A stretch of 63,922 nt of DNA, the filler included, from a bacterium (GTDB lineage Bacteria; JAMORN01): the NCBI GenBank assembly GCA_027063545.1. It is 14 parts of 14 records of this genome, joined end to end, with 100 filler letters (N's around TTAATTAATTAA, not from the genome) between each part and the next. Parts side by side here need not be neighbours in the genome. Positions count along the whole stretch, not along the records: positions 1 to 2,692 come from JAMORN010000319.1; positions 2,793 to 5,480 come from JAMORN010000320.1; positions 5,581 to 8,263 come from JAMORN010000321.1; positions 8,364 to 11,033 come from JAMORN010000322.1; 10 more parts are not named here. One strand, given 5' to 3'. The first letter of the stretch is position 1, and every line of letters starts with the position of its first letter. Below, piece by piece: positions 1 through 10,033 of the stretch. Under the pieces are notes generated by a model, which was not told the DNA's origin, ran no database searches, and was given only the letters and a program-made list of their open reading frames with translations. The position numbers and the translations under genes are program-made.

Positions 1-947
1 TAAATCATACAGGAGCTCATAAGATAAATAATACTATAGGTCAAGCACTTTTAGCTAAGAGACTTGGTAAAAAAAGATTAATAGCAGAAACAGGCGCTGG
101 TCAACATGGTGTTGCCACTGCAACTGTGGCTGCTCTTTTTGATATGGAATGTGTTGTTTATATGGGCGCAAAGGATGTAGAAAGGCAAAAATTAAATGTT
201 TTTAGAATGAATCTTTTAGGAGCAAAGGTTAGACCTGTTTATGCAGGAACTCAGACTTTAAAGGATGCAATGAATGAGGCTTTAAGAGATTGGGTAACAT
301 ATCCTGAGGAGACTTTTTATGTTATAGGTACGGTAGCAGGTCCACATCCATATCCTGAAATGGTAAGATTTTTTCAAAAAATTATAGGAGAGGAGGCTAA
401 ATCTCAAATTTTAGAAAAAGAGAATAGACTTCCTGATGCTATAATAGCATGTATTGGAGGTGGGTCTAATGCAATGGGAATTTTTTATCCATTTATAGAA
501 GATAAGGAGGTTCAGCTTATAGGTGTTGAAGCAGCTGGTGAAGGAATAGATACAAACAAACATGCAGCTAGTATAAATAGAGGTAAAATAGGTGTATTAC
601 ATGGTAATAAAACATATCTACTTCAGGATGAAGATGGGTATATACTAGAAACTCATTCTATTTCTGCAGGTCTTGATTATCCGGGGGTGGGACCGGAACA
701 TGCTTACTTACATAAAATAAAAAGAGTGGAATATTCTTATTGTGATGATAAGACGGCACTTGAGGCTTTTTTACTTTTAACAAAGCTTGAGGGAATAATG
801 CCAGCATTAGAATCTTCTCATGCTTTAGGTTGGTTATTGGAAAATAAAGATAGATTTAATAAGGATAGTATTGTTATTATAAATTTATCAGGAAGAGGAG
901 ATAAAGACGTATATACAGTAGCTAAATATTTAGGTAAGGAGATATAA
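1..947 (+). CDS. trpB: Tryptophan synthase beta chain (5' truncated by window start)
   Basis: Frame is open from base 3: [10 protein letters not shown] (PLP lysine), [30 protein letters not shown]. Confidence 0.97.
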   Translation, partial: NHTGAHKINNTIGQALLAKRLGKKRLIAETGAGQHGVATATVAALFDMECVVYMGAKDVERQKLNVFRMNLLGAKVRPVYAGTQTLKDAMNEALRDWVTYPEETFYVIGTVAGPHPYPEMVRFFQKIIGEEAKSQILEKENRLPDAIIACIGGGSNAMGIFYPFIEDKEVQLIGVEAAGEGIDTNKHAASINRGKIGVLHGNKTYLLQDEDGYILETHSISAGLDYPGVGPEHAYLHKIKRVEYSYCDDKTALEAFLLLTKLEGIMPALESSHALGWLLENKDRFNKDSIVIINLSGRGDKDVYTVAKYLGKEI

Positions 948-1726
948 TGCTAGAGAAATATTTTAAAAATAAAAAGAATTTTATAACTTATATTACAGCA
1001 TGTGATCCAGATTGTGATACATTTATAGATATAGTAAAGGTATTAGAACAAAATGGTGTAGATATATTAGAAATTGGTGTTCCTTTTACTGACCCAATGG
1101 CTGATGGCCCTACAATACAAAGAGCCTTTGAGAGAGTTTTGAAAAAAAAGATAAATTTAGATATGATTTTTGATACTATTAAAAAGATAAGAGAATTTTC
1201 TAATATTCCGATAGTTTTATTTGGTTATTATAATGTTTTTTACAACTATAACAAAGAGAAGCTTATAAAAAAGTTTAAAGAATTAAATATTCAAGGATTT
1301 CTGTGTGTAGATTTACCACCGGATGAAGATGAAGAGTTGATAAAAGATTTAAAAAGGATAGGAGTTGATATTATTTATCTTATAACTCCAACAACAACAG
1401 AGGAGAGAATAAAATTTATAATAGATAAAGCTTCAGGTTTTATTTATTATGTAAGTTTAACAGGTACAACAGGAGCTAGAGAAAAATTAAGAGAAGACTT
1501 AGAAAATAGAGTTAAGTTAATAAAGAATAATACAGATCTTCCTGTAGCAGTAGGATTTGGAATTAGCAAAAAAGAGCATATAGAAGAGATTTCAAAATTT
1601 GCTGATGGAATAATTGTTGGTTCTGCAATTATAAAGATAATAGAACAAAATATTGATGATAAAAAGAAGTTATTAGCAGAGTTATCAAAGTTTATTAAAC
1701 AATTAACTTCTCCTTTAAGGAGTTAA
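947..1726 (+). CDS. trpA: Tryptophan synthase alpha chain
   Basis: LEIGVPFTDPMADGPTIQ, GFIYYVSLTGTTG, VGFGIS; start overlaps the trpB stop. Confidence 0.97.
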   Translation: MLEKYFKNKKNFITYITACDPDCDTFIDIVKVLEQNGVDILEIGVPFTDPMADGPTIQRAFERVLKKKINLDMIFDTIKKIREFSNIPIVLFGYYNVFYNYNKEKLIKKFKELNIQGFLCVDLPPDEDEELIKDLKRIGVDIIYLITPTTTEERIKFIIDKASGFIYYVSLTGTTGAREKLREDLENRVKLIKNNTDLPVAVGFGISKKEHIEEISKFADGIIVGSAIIKIIEQNIDDKKKLLAELSKFIKQLTSPLRS

Positions 1727-1729
1727 TAT

Positions 1730-2014
1730 ATGGGAAAAGGTTATGAGCAGGAATTAAATGATTTGAGAAAAAAAATTGATGAAATAGATACTCAGATTGT
1801 AGAGTTAATAGAAAAAAGATTTGAGATTATAAGTAAAATAGCTATAATAAAAAAGAAGAACAATCTAGAAGTATTTGATAAGTCGAGGGAAGAGAGTATT
1901 ATTAACAAAATAGTAGAAAAATCAAAAAAACTACCATCTTATGTTTTAAAAGATATATATGAGAAAATTTTTAATGTATCTAGAAAATTCCAAGAAGAGA
2001 TTATAAAAAAATAA
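1730..2014 (+). CDS. Chorismate mutase, AroQ type II
   Basis: LRKKIDEIDTQIVELIEKR...D..RE pattern; lies between trpA and aroF. Confidence 0.88.
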   Translation: MGKGYEQELNDLRKKIDEIDTQIVELIEKRFEIISKIAIIKKKNNLEVFDKSREESIINKIVEKSKKLPSYVLKDIYEKIFNVSRKFQEEIIKK

Positions 2015-2098
2015 AAATTTTATTGATTTTTTAAGGGAAACTTTTATTTTTAGTACAATAAACTTAAAAAAGTAAGAAAGTAAAAAAGGAGTATATAT

Positions 2099-2692
2099 AT
2101 GATAGTGGTAATGAAACCAAATGCAACAGTAGAAAATATAGAAAAGGTAGTAAAAAAATTAGAAGAGAAGGGATTTAGCATTCATATTTCAGAAGGAGTA
2201 AATCAGACGGTTATAGGAGCAATAGGAGATAAAACAGGTCTTGATACTTCAGAATTTGAAGTACTAGAAGGTGTAGAAAAGGTTGTTTTAATATCAGAAC
2301 CATACAAATTATCAAATAGAGCTTTTCATCCTAATGATACTTTAATAGAATTAAAAACCAAAAAGGGTAAAAAGGTAGTTATTGGTGGGGAAAAGATTCA
2401 AATGATAGCGGGACCGTGCTCTGTTGAGGGTGAAGAACAAATGATGAGAATAGCTAAATCATTGAGTGAGATGGGAATTGATTTATTAAGGGGTGGAGCT
2501 TTTAAACCAAGAACATCTCCTTATTCTTTTCAGGGATTGGGTGTTGAAGGGTTAAAGTATTTAAGACAGGCTGCTGATGAATATGATATGTTGGTAGTAA
2601 CAGAATTGATGGATTTAAGAGATTTAGATGCTGTTTATGAGCATGCTGATATTATACAAATAGGTGCAAGAAATATGTATAACTATTCTCTT
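2099..2692 (+). CDS. aroF: DAHP synthase type I-beta with N-terminal regulatory domain (3' truncated)
   Basis: MIVVMK start, IAGPCSVE, RGGAFKPRTSPYSFQG, QIGARNM; AAAGGAG RBS. Confidence 0.93.
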
Positions 2693-2792
2693 NNNNNNNN
2701 NNNNNNNNNNNNNNNNNNNNNNNNNNNNNNNNNNNNTTAATTAATTAANNNNNNNNNNNNNNNNNNNNNNNNNNNNNNNNNNNNNNNNNNNN
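2693..2792. other. Artificial contig linker N44-TTAATTAATTAA-N44 (first of 13)
   Basis: Identical 100-bp spacers with stops in all six frames at 2693-2792, 5481-5580, 8264-8363, 11034-11133, 13803-13902, 16568-16667, 19323-19422, 22072-22171, 24812-24911, 40336-40435, 55821-55920, 58546-58645 and 61265-61364. Confidence 0.99.
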
Positions 2793-2803
2793 ATATAAGA
2801 GTT

Positions 2804-3487
2804 ATGTTTTCATTTCTTATGGATAAGATTTTAGAGTATTTAAAAGATGTTTATATAATAGGATATTGTAAAGATATATTTGGACATATTCATATATTTT
2901 ATAAGGGATTTTTTAGTGCTAATATAGAAGAAATATATGAAAGTATTGAAAAGATAGGGATAAAAAAGAGTAGTTGTATAAATATAGAAAATTTTTCTCC
3001 AATAAGGGATATAGGAAAAAAACTTAATTATAAACTTATATATAGTTATGATATTAAAGATATTAGCACACCAGAAGATACGATTGGTGCTATTGGTATT
3101 TTTGCTAAAGAGGATAAAATAATATTAAAGAAGAAAGAGTATATAGAAAAATTGATTGATATTTTTAGTAATGTTTTCTATAAATATAAAGAGTTTATAA
3201 ACTATATTTTATATTATCAAAAATTAATTATTGATAACAATAGTAGTGAATACTTATTTAAAGTTCTTTTGGATAAAGACGGAAAGCTTTTTTATTATAA
3301 TAATAAATATAAGGATGTTTATGAGAAGTTTTTGAAAGATTTTGATATAAAGGAACTCACGGAGAAGAATTTGACCTATATAATTGAGGATTTTTCTTTT
3401 AATGATGCTAGGTATAAAGTACTTATAAATAAGACTATGGTTGATAATTTCCACTCATATATAGAATTGTACTTTATAAAGTTATAA
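2804..3487 (+). CDS. Hypothetical protein, possibly 5' truncated, weak GAF/PAS-like pattern
   Basis: 227-aa ORF whose frame stays open to the contig edge; no diagnostic motif. Confidence 0.55.
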   Translation: MFSFLMDKILEYLKDVYIIGYCKDIFGHIHIFYKGFFSANIEEIYESIEKIGIKKSSCINIENFSPIRDIGKKLNYKLIYSYDIKDISTPEDTIGAIGIFAKEDKIILKKKEYIEKLIDIFSNVFYKYKEFINYILYYQKLIIDNNSSEYLFKVLLDKDGKLFYYNNKYKDVYEKFLKDFDIKELTEKNLTYIIEDFSFNDARYKVLINKTMVDNFHSYIELYFIKL

Positions 3488-3605
3488 TCAGAAATAAAGA
3501 GGTAGATTTTTTAGATAAAACTTATAAATTTTTTATTGAAATTTGATTTTAGATAAAATAAATTTTTATAAAGAATAGAAATGAGTTAATAAGGGAGAAA
3601 ATAAT

Positions 3606-5441
3606 ATGATAAAAAAAGTATTAATTATTCTATTAGTTTTAATAATAAATATAATAAATATTGGATACGCGGCTGTTTTAAGATATAAAGATGGAAAAGA
3701 ATTAAATATTAATAGTATAATAGACCAGAATGGTAATGATGTTATTAGGGGATTTTCTAAAAATGGAAGTGTATTAATTCCTCTTTATGAGGTAAGTAAA
3801 ATTATCCATATAGAAGGTAGAAATATTTTGGTGGTATATAAAGATAATACACAGGATACAATTACATTAAATGAAGAGGTTAGTCTTATAGCAAAATTAG
3901 AAAATGGAGGTTCCAAACCCATAGATTTGAATAGTTTAGATTTAATAGATTTTAATAAGAATATTACTATAGAAAATACATCACAAACTAATTCTTCTAA
4001 CTTAAATACAAATACTATTAATCAAAAGCCTCAATTTTTTCAAAATATCTCCCAAGATAGTAATAATATTATTACAACAGATAATAGTAGTAGTATAAAA
4101 TCTGCAAATAATACATCCTCAGAGAATATAGTTTTAGATAATACAAATCAGCCTCCGGTTTACGATACAACGACAAATTTTAAAACAGAGAGCACAGAAG
4201 ATAGTTTAGCAATACAACAGAGTAATTATTTTTCACAGAAGACAATTCGAGAAACTACTCAAGAAAAAGATTTGGCTTACCAGCAATCATTAATAGAAAA
4301 TACTCAACAGGACAACACCCAAACAAAATATTCATCAGAAGATTATCTTGAGTATGAAATAAAAAGATTTGATACATTATGGGATATTGCTGGAAGATTT
4401 TATGGAAATCCATTTTTATGGTCTCATATATGGAAGAGTAATCCATATATTGATAATCCTGATTTAATATATCCAGGTGATTATTTAAAGATACCTAAAG
4501 ATTATTTGATAAAAAATAATGTTAAGGTAACAGAAAATGGAGCTTTGGCTCCTTCTGATTATTCACTTACTTCTTCAATTAGTGGACAAGCAACAAATAA
4601 TTTAATGGATAGAAATGACTTAAGTATGTTTGTAACAGAAAATTCTTTATTGTCAAGTACCGCTTCAGAACAGGTATCATCTTCTATGCCTTTAGAACAA
4701 GATGAGATTTATGAACTTATAAATGGAAAAAATTTTAAAGAGTTTTTTAGTTATTCTTTTCATTCTCAATTAGGTTTTTTTGTAGATAGAGTACAGCTTA
4801 ATACAAAAGCAAGATTAATAGCAAGATATACAAAAAATTATTCATTTGTACCTTATTATTCAGAGGTAAGAATAACTTTGGGAAGTAATGATGGGGTAAA
4901 AGAGGGAGACAAATTTTATGTTGTAGAGTTTGAGGATTTAGGGGTAGACTACAAAACTAAGGAAAGATTACCATATTATGCGAGGATAAAGGGCGAGGTA
5001 AAGGTAATAAAGGTATTTAAAAATTATTCTGTTGGATATTTAACCAGATGTTATGAAAAGGTATATAATAATGATGTTGTTTTAAAAAAGACTCCACCAT
5101 CAGTTCCTAAAATAAAAAAAGTTTTATTTGATAAGAAACTATTAGAGTCATATATTGTAAAGGATTTAACAAAAAAGAGTAAGGTTTCATATCCTCTAAA
5201 TTTATATTTAATTAAAGGTGGTAGTATGGAAGGATTTGAAGTAGGACAAGTTTTTGATATATATACTATGGAAAAGGATAGAGAATATTCAGATCTCCCT
5301 GTGGGTGAGATATTAATTGTAAAGACTTTTGCTCATTATTCTGTGGCACTATTAGGTGTTAGATGGAGTAGGGTTTATTTAAAGAAAGGCGATTTATTAA
5401 GGTATAAATTTAAATATGAATTAACTTATAGTAATAAATAA
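3606..5441 (+). CDS. Secreted LysM peptidoglycan-binding protein, TsaP-like
   Basis: Signal peptide (..IGYA/A), N/T/S/Q-rich linker, LysM DTLWDIAGRFYGNPFLW..NPYIDNPDLIYPGD, C-terminal beta domains; AAGGGAG RBS. Confidence 0.8.
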   Translation: MIKKVLIILLVLIINIINIGYAAVLRYKDGKELNINSIIDQNGNDVIRGFSKNGSVLIPLYEVSKIIHIEGRNILVVYKDNTQDTITLNEEVSLIAKLENGGSKPIDLNSLDLIDFNKNITIENTSQTNSSNLNTNTINQKPQFFQNISQDSNNIITTDNSSSIKSANNTSSENIVLDNTNQPPVYDTTTNFKTESTEDSLAIQQSNYFSQKTIRETTQEKDLAYQQSLIENTQQDNTQTKYSSEDYLEYEIKRFDTLWDIAGRFYGNPFLWSHIWKSNPYIDNPDLIYPGDYLKIPKDYLIKNNVKVTENGALAPSDYSLTSSISGQATNNLMDRNDLSMFVTENSLLSSTASEQVSSSMPLEQDEIYELINGKNFKEFFSYSFHSQLGFFVDRVQLNTKARLIARYTKNYSFVPYYSEVRITLGSNDGVKEGDKFYVVEFEDLGVDYKTKERLPYYARIKGEVKVIKVFKNYSVGYLTRCYEKVYNNDVVLKKTPPSVPKIKKVLFDKKLLESYIVKDLTKKSKVSYPLNLYLIKGGSMEGFEVGQVFDIYTMEKDREYSDLPVGEILIVKTFAHYSVALLGVRWSRVYLKKGDLLRYKFKYELTYSNK

Positions 5442-5580
5442 AAGATCAATATAGATACAATTGTTGAATAAATTAAGCCANNNNNNNNNNNNNNNNNNNN
5501 NNNNNNNNNNNNNNNNNNNNNNNNTTAATTAATTAANNNNNNNNNNNNNNNNNNNNNNNNNNNNNNNNNNNNNNNNNNNN

Positions 5581-5922
5581 TTTTTGATTGTATTTTAATA
5601 TATCAATTGCTGTTTGCTTTAACCCTTCAAGTGTAGAAAAGTCTCCTGCCCAACTTATTTTTATTACTGGATGAGGCTTAAAATCATATTTATCATAAAT
5701 ATACAAACCTTTAAACAACTCTTTGTGCCCTTTAAATATCTCTGATAAGGTATCTAAAAATAAACTCTTACCAAATCTCCTTGGACGAGAAAGAAATACG
5801 TATTTATAATTCTCTATTAACTCCAGTGCCTCTTTTGTTTTATCTACATAAACATAATTTCCTTCTATTATCTCCCTGAAAGTCTGAATGCCTATCGGTA
5901 GTTTTTTTAACCCATCTCTCAT
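5581..5922 (-). CDS. AAA-ATPase-like protein of the family usually fused to a PD-(D/E)xK nuclease (3' truncated)
   Basis: KKLPIGIQTFREII..YVYVDKT and FLSRPRRFGKSLF Walker A signature. Confidence 0.85.
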
Positions 5923-5943
5923 AACAAAAAAAATCTTTATATT

Positions 5944-7449
5944 TTAAGACTTCTTCTTAAATCTCTTATAATCTATATTATATTTCTGAATTGCATATTG
6001 AATAACTCGTTTTGTTGTTCCCAAAAGCCTTGCTGCTTCGGATTGATTACCATTTGCATCCTTTAAAGCATCAATAATCAATTCTTTTTCATAATTCTCA
6101 AGCAGTATTTTCAATTTTCCTCTTGGCTTTGAAATTTCATCTTGTGATTTCATCTGAAGTGTTGGTGGTAAATGATGAGCTCTTATTACATCTTCATCTG
6201 TTAATATCATTGCTCTCTCTATAGTATTCTGAAGTTCTCTCACATTACCAGGCCAATGATAACTCACAAGCATATCTATTGCTGGGGTATCAATCCTTCT
6301 TACATTCTTCCCTAAAAGTGTATTATACTTAGAAATAAAATAGTTTGCAAGTAAAATAATATCTGCTCCCCTTTCCCTTAATGGCGGTAAATAAATTGGA
6401 AAAACATTTAATCTATAATATAAATCCTCCCTAAAATTACCTTTTTTCACCTCTTCTTCTAATACCCTATTTGTTGCTGCAATAATTCTTACATCTATAG
6501 GTATCCCTTTATAACTTCCCACCCTATAAATAACCCTTTCTTCCAATACCCTCAAAAGTTTTGCCTGTGCTTCAAGATGGAGTTCTCCTACTTCATCTAA
6601 AAATATTGTTCCTCCATTTGCTGCTTCAAACTTCCCTTTTGTTGTCTTATAAGCGCCTGTAAATGCTCCTTTTTCATAACCAAATAATTCACTCTCTATC
6701 AAATTTGGGGGAATTGCACCACAATTTATTGCTATAAATGGTTTATCACATCTTGGTGATAAATCATGAATAGCCCTTGCTACAAGCTCTTTTCCAGTAC
6801 CTGTTTCTCCAATAATTAAAACTGTTGTAGGAGTTGGGGCAACCTCATATATTAAAAGCTGAACCTCTTTCATTTTATCAGAAGAACCAATAATAGTAAC
6901 AGAAGTATCCTTTTCTAAAAATAAATGCTTCAATCTCTTATTCTCATCCTCTAACTTATATTTATAAATAATTCCTGAAAGAATATCCGCAACATTTTCC
7001 ATAAACTCTAAAATATGCTTTAAATCCTGCTTATCATGACTACTATAATCAACGGAGATCGTTCCTATTACATCACCTTTATACTTTATCGGAACACAAA
7101 TAAAACTTATTCCTTCTATCTTTTTTCTAATTCCTGTCTTATTTAAAAACTTAGGTTCTTTTCCTATATCAGGGATAACTGCTGGAACACCAGTCTCTGC
7201 TACCTTACCAATAACACCCTCTCCTAGTTTATAAACTACATCCTTTTTACTTTCTCCTTGAGGAGAGTGGACAACCTCAACTTTAGCACCAGCATCCTTT
7301 TCTACAACTGTAATTATACCCCTTTCTAGATTTAATTCATGAGATAATATATCAAGTACCTTATTAAGTAATACACTAATAGGCTCATCAACTGCTAAAA
7401 TTTTGGCTATTTTTACTAAAACTTCAAGTTCTTCTCTTAAAAGTCCCAT
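5944..7449 (-). CDS. Sigma-54 enhancer-binding protein with NifA-like GAF-AAA-HTH architecture
   Basis: N-terminal GAF; GETGTGKE, ELFGYEKGAFTGA, FLDEVGE, WPGNVREL; C-terminal Fis-type HTH. Confidence 0.92.
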   Translation of the reverse strand: MGLLREELEVLVKIAKILAVDEPISVLLNKVLDILSHELNLERGIITVVEKDAGAKVEVVHSPQGESKKDVVYKLGEGVIGKVAETGVPAVIPDIGKEPKFLNKTGIRKKIEGISFICVPIKYKGDVIGTISVDYSSHDKQDLKHILEFMENVADILSGIIYKYKLEDENKRLKHLFLEKDTSVTIIGSSDKMKEVQLLIYEVAPTPTTVLIIGETGTGKELVARAIHDLSPRCDKPFIAINCGAIPPNLIESELFGYEKGAFTGAYKTTKGKFEAANGGTIFLDEVGELHLEAQAKLLRVLEERVIYRVGSYKGIPIDVRIIAATNRVLEEEVKKGNFREDLYYRLNVFPIYLPPLRERGADIILLANYFISKYNTLLGKNVRRIDTPAIDMLVSYHWPGNVRELQNTIERAMILTDEDVIRAHHLPPTLQMKSQDEISKPRGKLKILLENYEKELIIDALKDANGNQSEAARLLGTTKRVIQYAIQKYNIDYKRFKKKS

Positions 7450-7459
7450 AGAAATTACT

Positions 7460-8263
7460 TTAACTTACCTCGTATCCCAAGTTCTTTATAACACTATCCC
7501 TATTTCTCCAATCTTTTTCTACCTTAACCTCTAAATTTAAATAAACTTTTTGATTTAATAAAACTTCTAATTCCTCCCTTGCAAGTCTTCCTATTTCTTT
7601 TATCATCCTACCATTTTTTCCTATAAGAATTTTCTTTTGATTGTCCCTCTCAACTAAAATCTCTGCATCTATAACAAACACCTCTGGATTCTTCTCACCC
7701 GGTCTCATCGAAACAACTCTAACAGCAACAGAATGAGGAATCTCTTCATAGGTTTTTCTTAAAACTTTCTCTCTAATAATCTCTGCTATCATAAGCCTTA
7801 AAGGAACATTTGTGATTTCCCCATCGGAATAATACTTCACATTATCAGGTAGATAGTCTATTATTGTAAATAAAAGACTATCAATATTATCATTTTTTAA
7901 AGCACTTATTGGAAAATACTCATCAAATTTATATTCTTTTGAAATATTATCAAGAAGTTCTAAGATATCATCTTTACTCACCAAATCTATTTTATTAAGT
8001 ATTAAAAAAACAGGTTTACCTTTTTCTTGAAATTTTTTTATATATAAATCATAAACTTTTTTATCTCCCGATGTAAATCCTTTAGAAGCGTCTATCATAA
8101 AAAGAAGAATGTCTGCATCATCAATACCTGAGGTGGCCTCCTCCATTATAAACTCACCTAACTTATGCTCAGGTTTATGAAGGCCAGGTGTATCAATAAA
8201 AATAATCTGAGCATTATGAAAGTTTTTTATACCTAAAATCTTAAATCTTGTTGTTTGAGGTCT
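7460..8263 (-). CDS. era: GTPase Era (5' truncated)
   Basis: Frame open to contig edge: RPQTTR, FIDTPG, LNKID, EIIREK..EEIPHS, KH domain ILIGKNG. Confidence 0.95.
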   Translation of the reverse strand, partial: RPQTTRFKILGIKNFHNAQIIFIDTPGLHKPEHKLGEFIMEEATSGIDDADILLFMIDASKGFTSGDKKVYDLYIKKFQEKGKPVFLILNKIDLVSKDDILELLDNISKEYKFDEYFPISALKNDNIDSLLFTIIDYLPDNVKYYSDGEITNVPLRLMIAEIIREKVLRKTYEEIPHSVAVRVVSMRPGEKNPEVFVIDAEILVERDNQKKILIGKNGRMIKEIGRLAREELEVLLNQKVYLNLEVKVEKDWRNRDSVIKNLGYEVS

Positions 8264-8363
8264 NNNNNNNNNNNNNNNNNNNNNNNNNNNNNNNNNNNNN
8301 NNNNNNNTTAATTAATTAANNNNNNNNNNNNNNNNNNNNNNNNNNNNNNNNNNNNNNNNNNNN

Positions 8364-8531
8364 ATTTTCAACAGTTTGAGAAGCTGCCATTGCAACAGGA
8401 TTAACATAAATTCTTGAATATAATCTTATACCTCTTTCCATTGTAAGCATATATCTAGCTGAACATGAGTATAGTAATAATATAATAAAAAATATAAGAA
8501 CTTTTTTTATAAAAATAGTCTTTATTCTCAT
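8364..8531 (-). CDS. Putative lipoprotein (3' truncated)
   Basis: Basic N-terminus, hydrophobic stretch and lipobox LLYSC. Confidence 0.55.
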
Positions 8532-8645
8532 ACTTTTTTCTCCGGTTTCCCCCTTATTTTTCTAAAAATCTTTAATATAAAGAAAATTAAAAATGAGAAG
8601 TTAAGAGAGCAAAAAAAAGAATATTCTCAAAAAAATATTACTATT

Positions 8646-10010
8646 TTATATATTAATCCTTGGGATATCATCGTTTATAAAATTTTCTAATGTTGCAATT
8701 TCTGAAGAAATTGAATGTTTAACATTCTCTATTGTCTTTATATTTATATTTGCATGCGCTAAATTATTTCTTAAATCACTTAGTAAGTACTTTGTAAATG
8801 AACTGCGAGGTTCTATTTTTTCTATAATTTGTTTAATTATTTCTGTATTCTGAATTAAATAATTATTCTTTGCTAGTTTTTCACAATCTATCTTTTTTCC
8901 TTTACGATATTCTATAGATTTGAAATATAAGTCTTTTATCTCTTTATGTAATTCGTAATAATTTAACCTTCCTGATGGTTCCCATTCTCCATAAGCTTCT
9001 ATTTTAGCTTGTATTTCCTCTATATATTTATAAACATCTTCAGATATTTCTTTAATTTTTTCTCTTAAATAAATAAGTTTTGCTTCGTTTATAATAGTAA
9101 TACTTTGAAGAAGATAATTCTTTTTATTAAACTCCTTCGCCAGATAAATATAGGATTCATATTCAGGTAAACTTTCAAATGTAGAAAATAATGAAATTAT
9201 ATAATCTTCCAAATCTTGTAAATCTCTTTTTAATAAATAAATCTCTGATCTATTTTTAATATTCTCTATTGCCTCAATCAAAGCAGGATATGATTTTTCT
9301 TTACAATTTCTAATAGAAAGTGCCATTATATCCCAAGAAAATTCATTTAATGTTCTTTTTAACTCTTTAAAAATTGGATTTCTTATTTCTATATTCTTAG
9401 AAATAGTAAAATTCTCCTTAAAATTTTTTATAATAAATGAAAGGTTTGCTAAATCTAAATAATCAAAAAGATTTATAATTTCGTATTCTCCACCTTTATC
9501 AAGCGAAGGCTTTTTCTTCTCTTTTGCAAATAATACTTTTTCAATCTTTTTACTATTTTTTATATTGTGCATAATTGCATCTATTATCATTAAAACAGGA
9601 AAATGACGAAAGCCATGAGTAATATCAATAATAACTCTCGCATAAGAGTAAATAGCATCATCAATAATTGAAAAAATTTGAGAAAAATCATTTTCATTTT
9701 CAATTAAATAACCCTGTGAAAATATTTTATTTATTTCCTCTTCAGGGAAACCTTTATTTTTCAAAACTTCTTTTTGAATCTCATATGCCGCCTTTGTGTA
9801 TATAGGAATAATACTGTAACCTTTTGTTCCATAAGTAGAAATTAAAATAGGAAACATGTTTATATCTTTTATCTTATTTTGAAATTCCTCTAATGTTGTA
9901 GAATAATATAAAGATGGTTTTATTTCTGAATTATATATAAATCTTCCGGTAATCTTATCTATTTTTCCACCAATAGTTCCTAAAATTGTGATTACTGCTT
10001 TTTTTGCCAT
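8646..10010 (-). CDS. csx1: CRISPR-associated CARF-HEPN nuclease, Csx1/TM1812 (DxTHG) family
   Basis: CARF motif IIDITHGFRHFP and C-terminal HEPN RxxxxH (RNNLAH); directly downstream of a RAMP gene. Confidence 0.88.
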   Translation of the reverse strand: MAKKAVITILGTIGGKIDKITGRFIYNSEIKPSLYYSTTLEEFQNKIKDINMFPILISTYGTKGYSIIPIYTKAAYEIQKEVLKNKGFPEEEINKIFSQGYLIENENDFSQIFSIIDDAIYSYARVIIDITHGFRHFPVLMIIDAIMHNIKNSKKIEKVLFAKEKKKPSLDKGGEYEIINLFDYLDLANLSFIIKNFKENFTISKNIEIRNPIFKELKRTLNEFSWDIMALSIRNCKEKSYPALIEAIENIKNRSEIYLLKRDLQDLEDYIISLFSTFESLPEYESYIYLAKEFNKKNYLLQSITIINEAKLIYLREKIKEISEDVYKYIEEIQAKIEAYGEWEPSGRLNYYELHKEIKDLYFKSIEYRKGKKIDCEKLAKNNYLIQNTEIIKQIIEKIEPRSSFTKYLLSDLRNNLAHANINIKTIENVKHSISSEIATLENFINDDIPRINI

Positions 10011-10033
10011 TTTTCTTATAAATTATTTTTTTG

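Noticed and set aside
2737-2748. Recurring TTAATTAATTAA palindrome as a biological repeat
   Set aside because: Always centred in N44 flanks; it is a synthetic six-frame stop linker
8532-8645. CRISPR array or leader downstream of csx1
   Set aside because: No repeated 25-40 bp units here or anywhere else that I could see in the window
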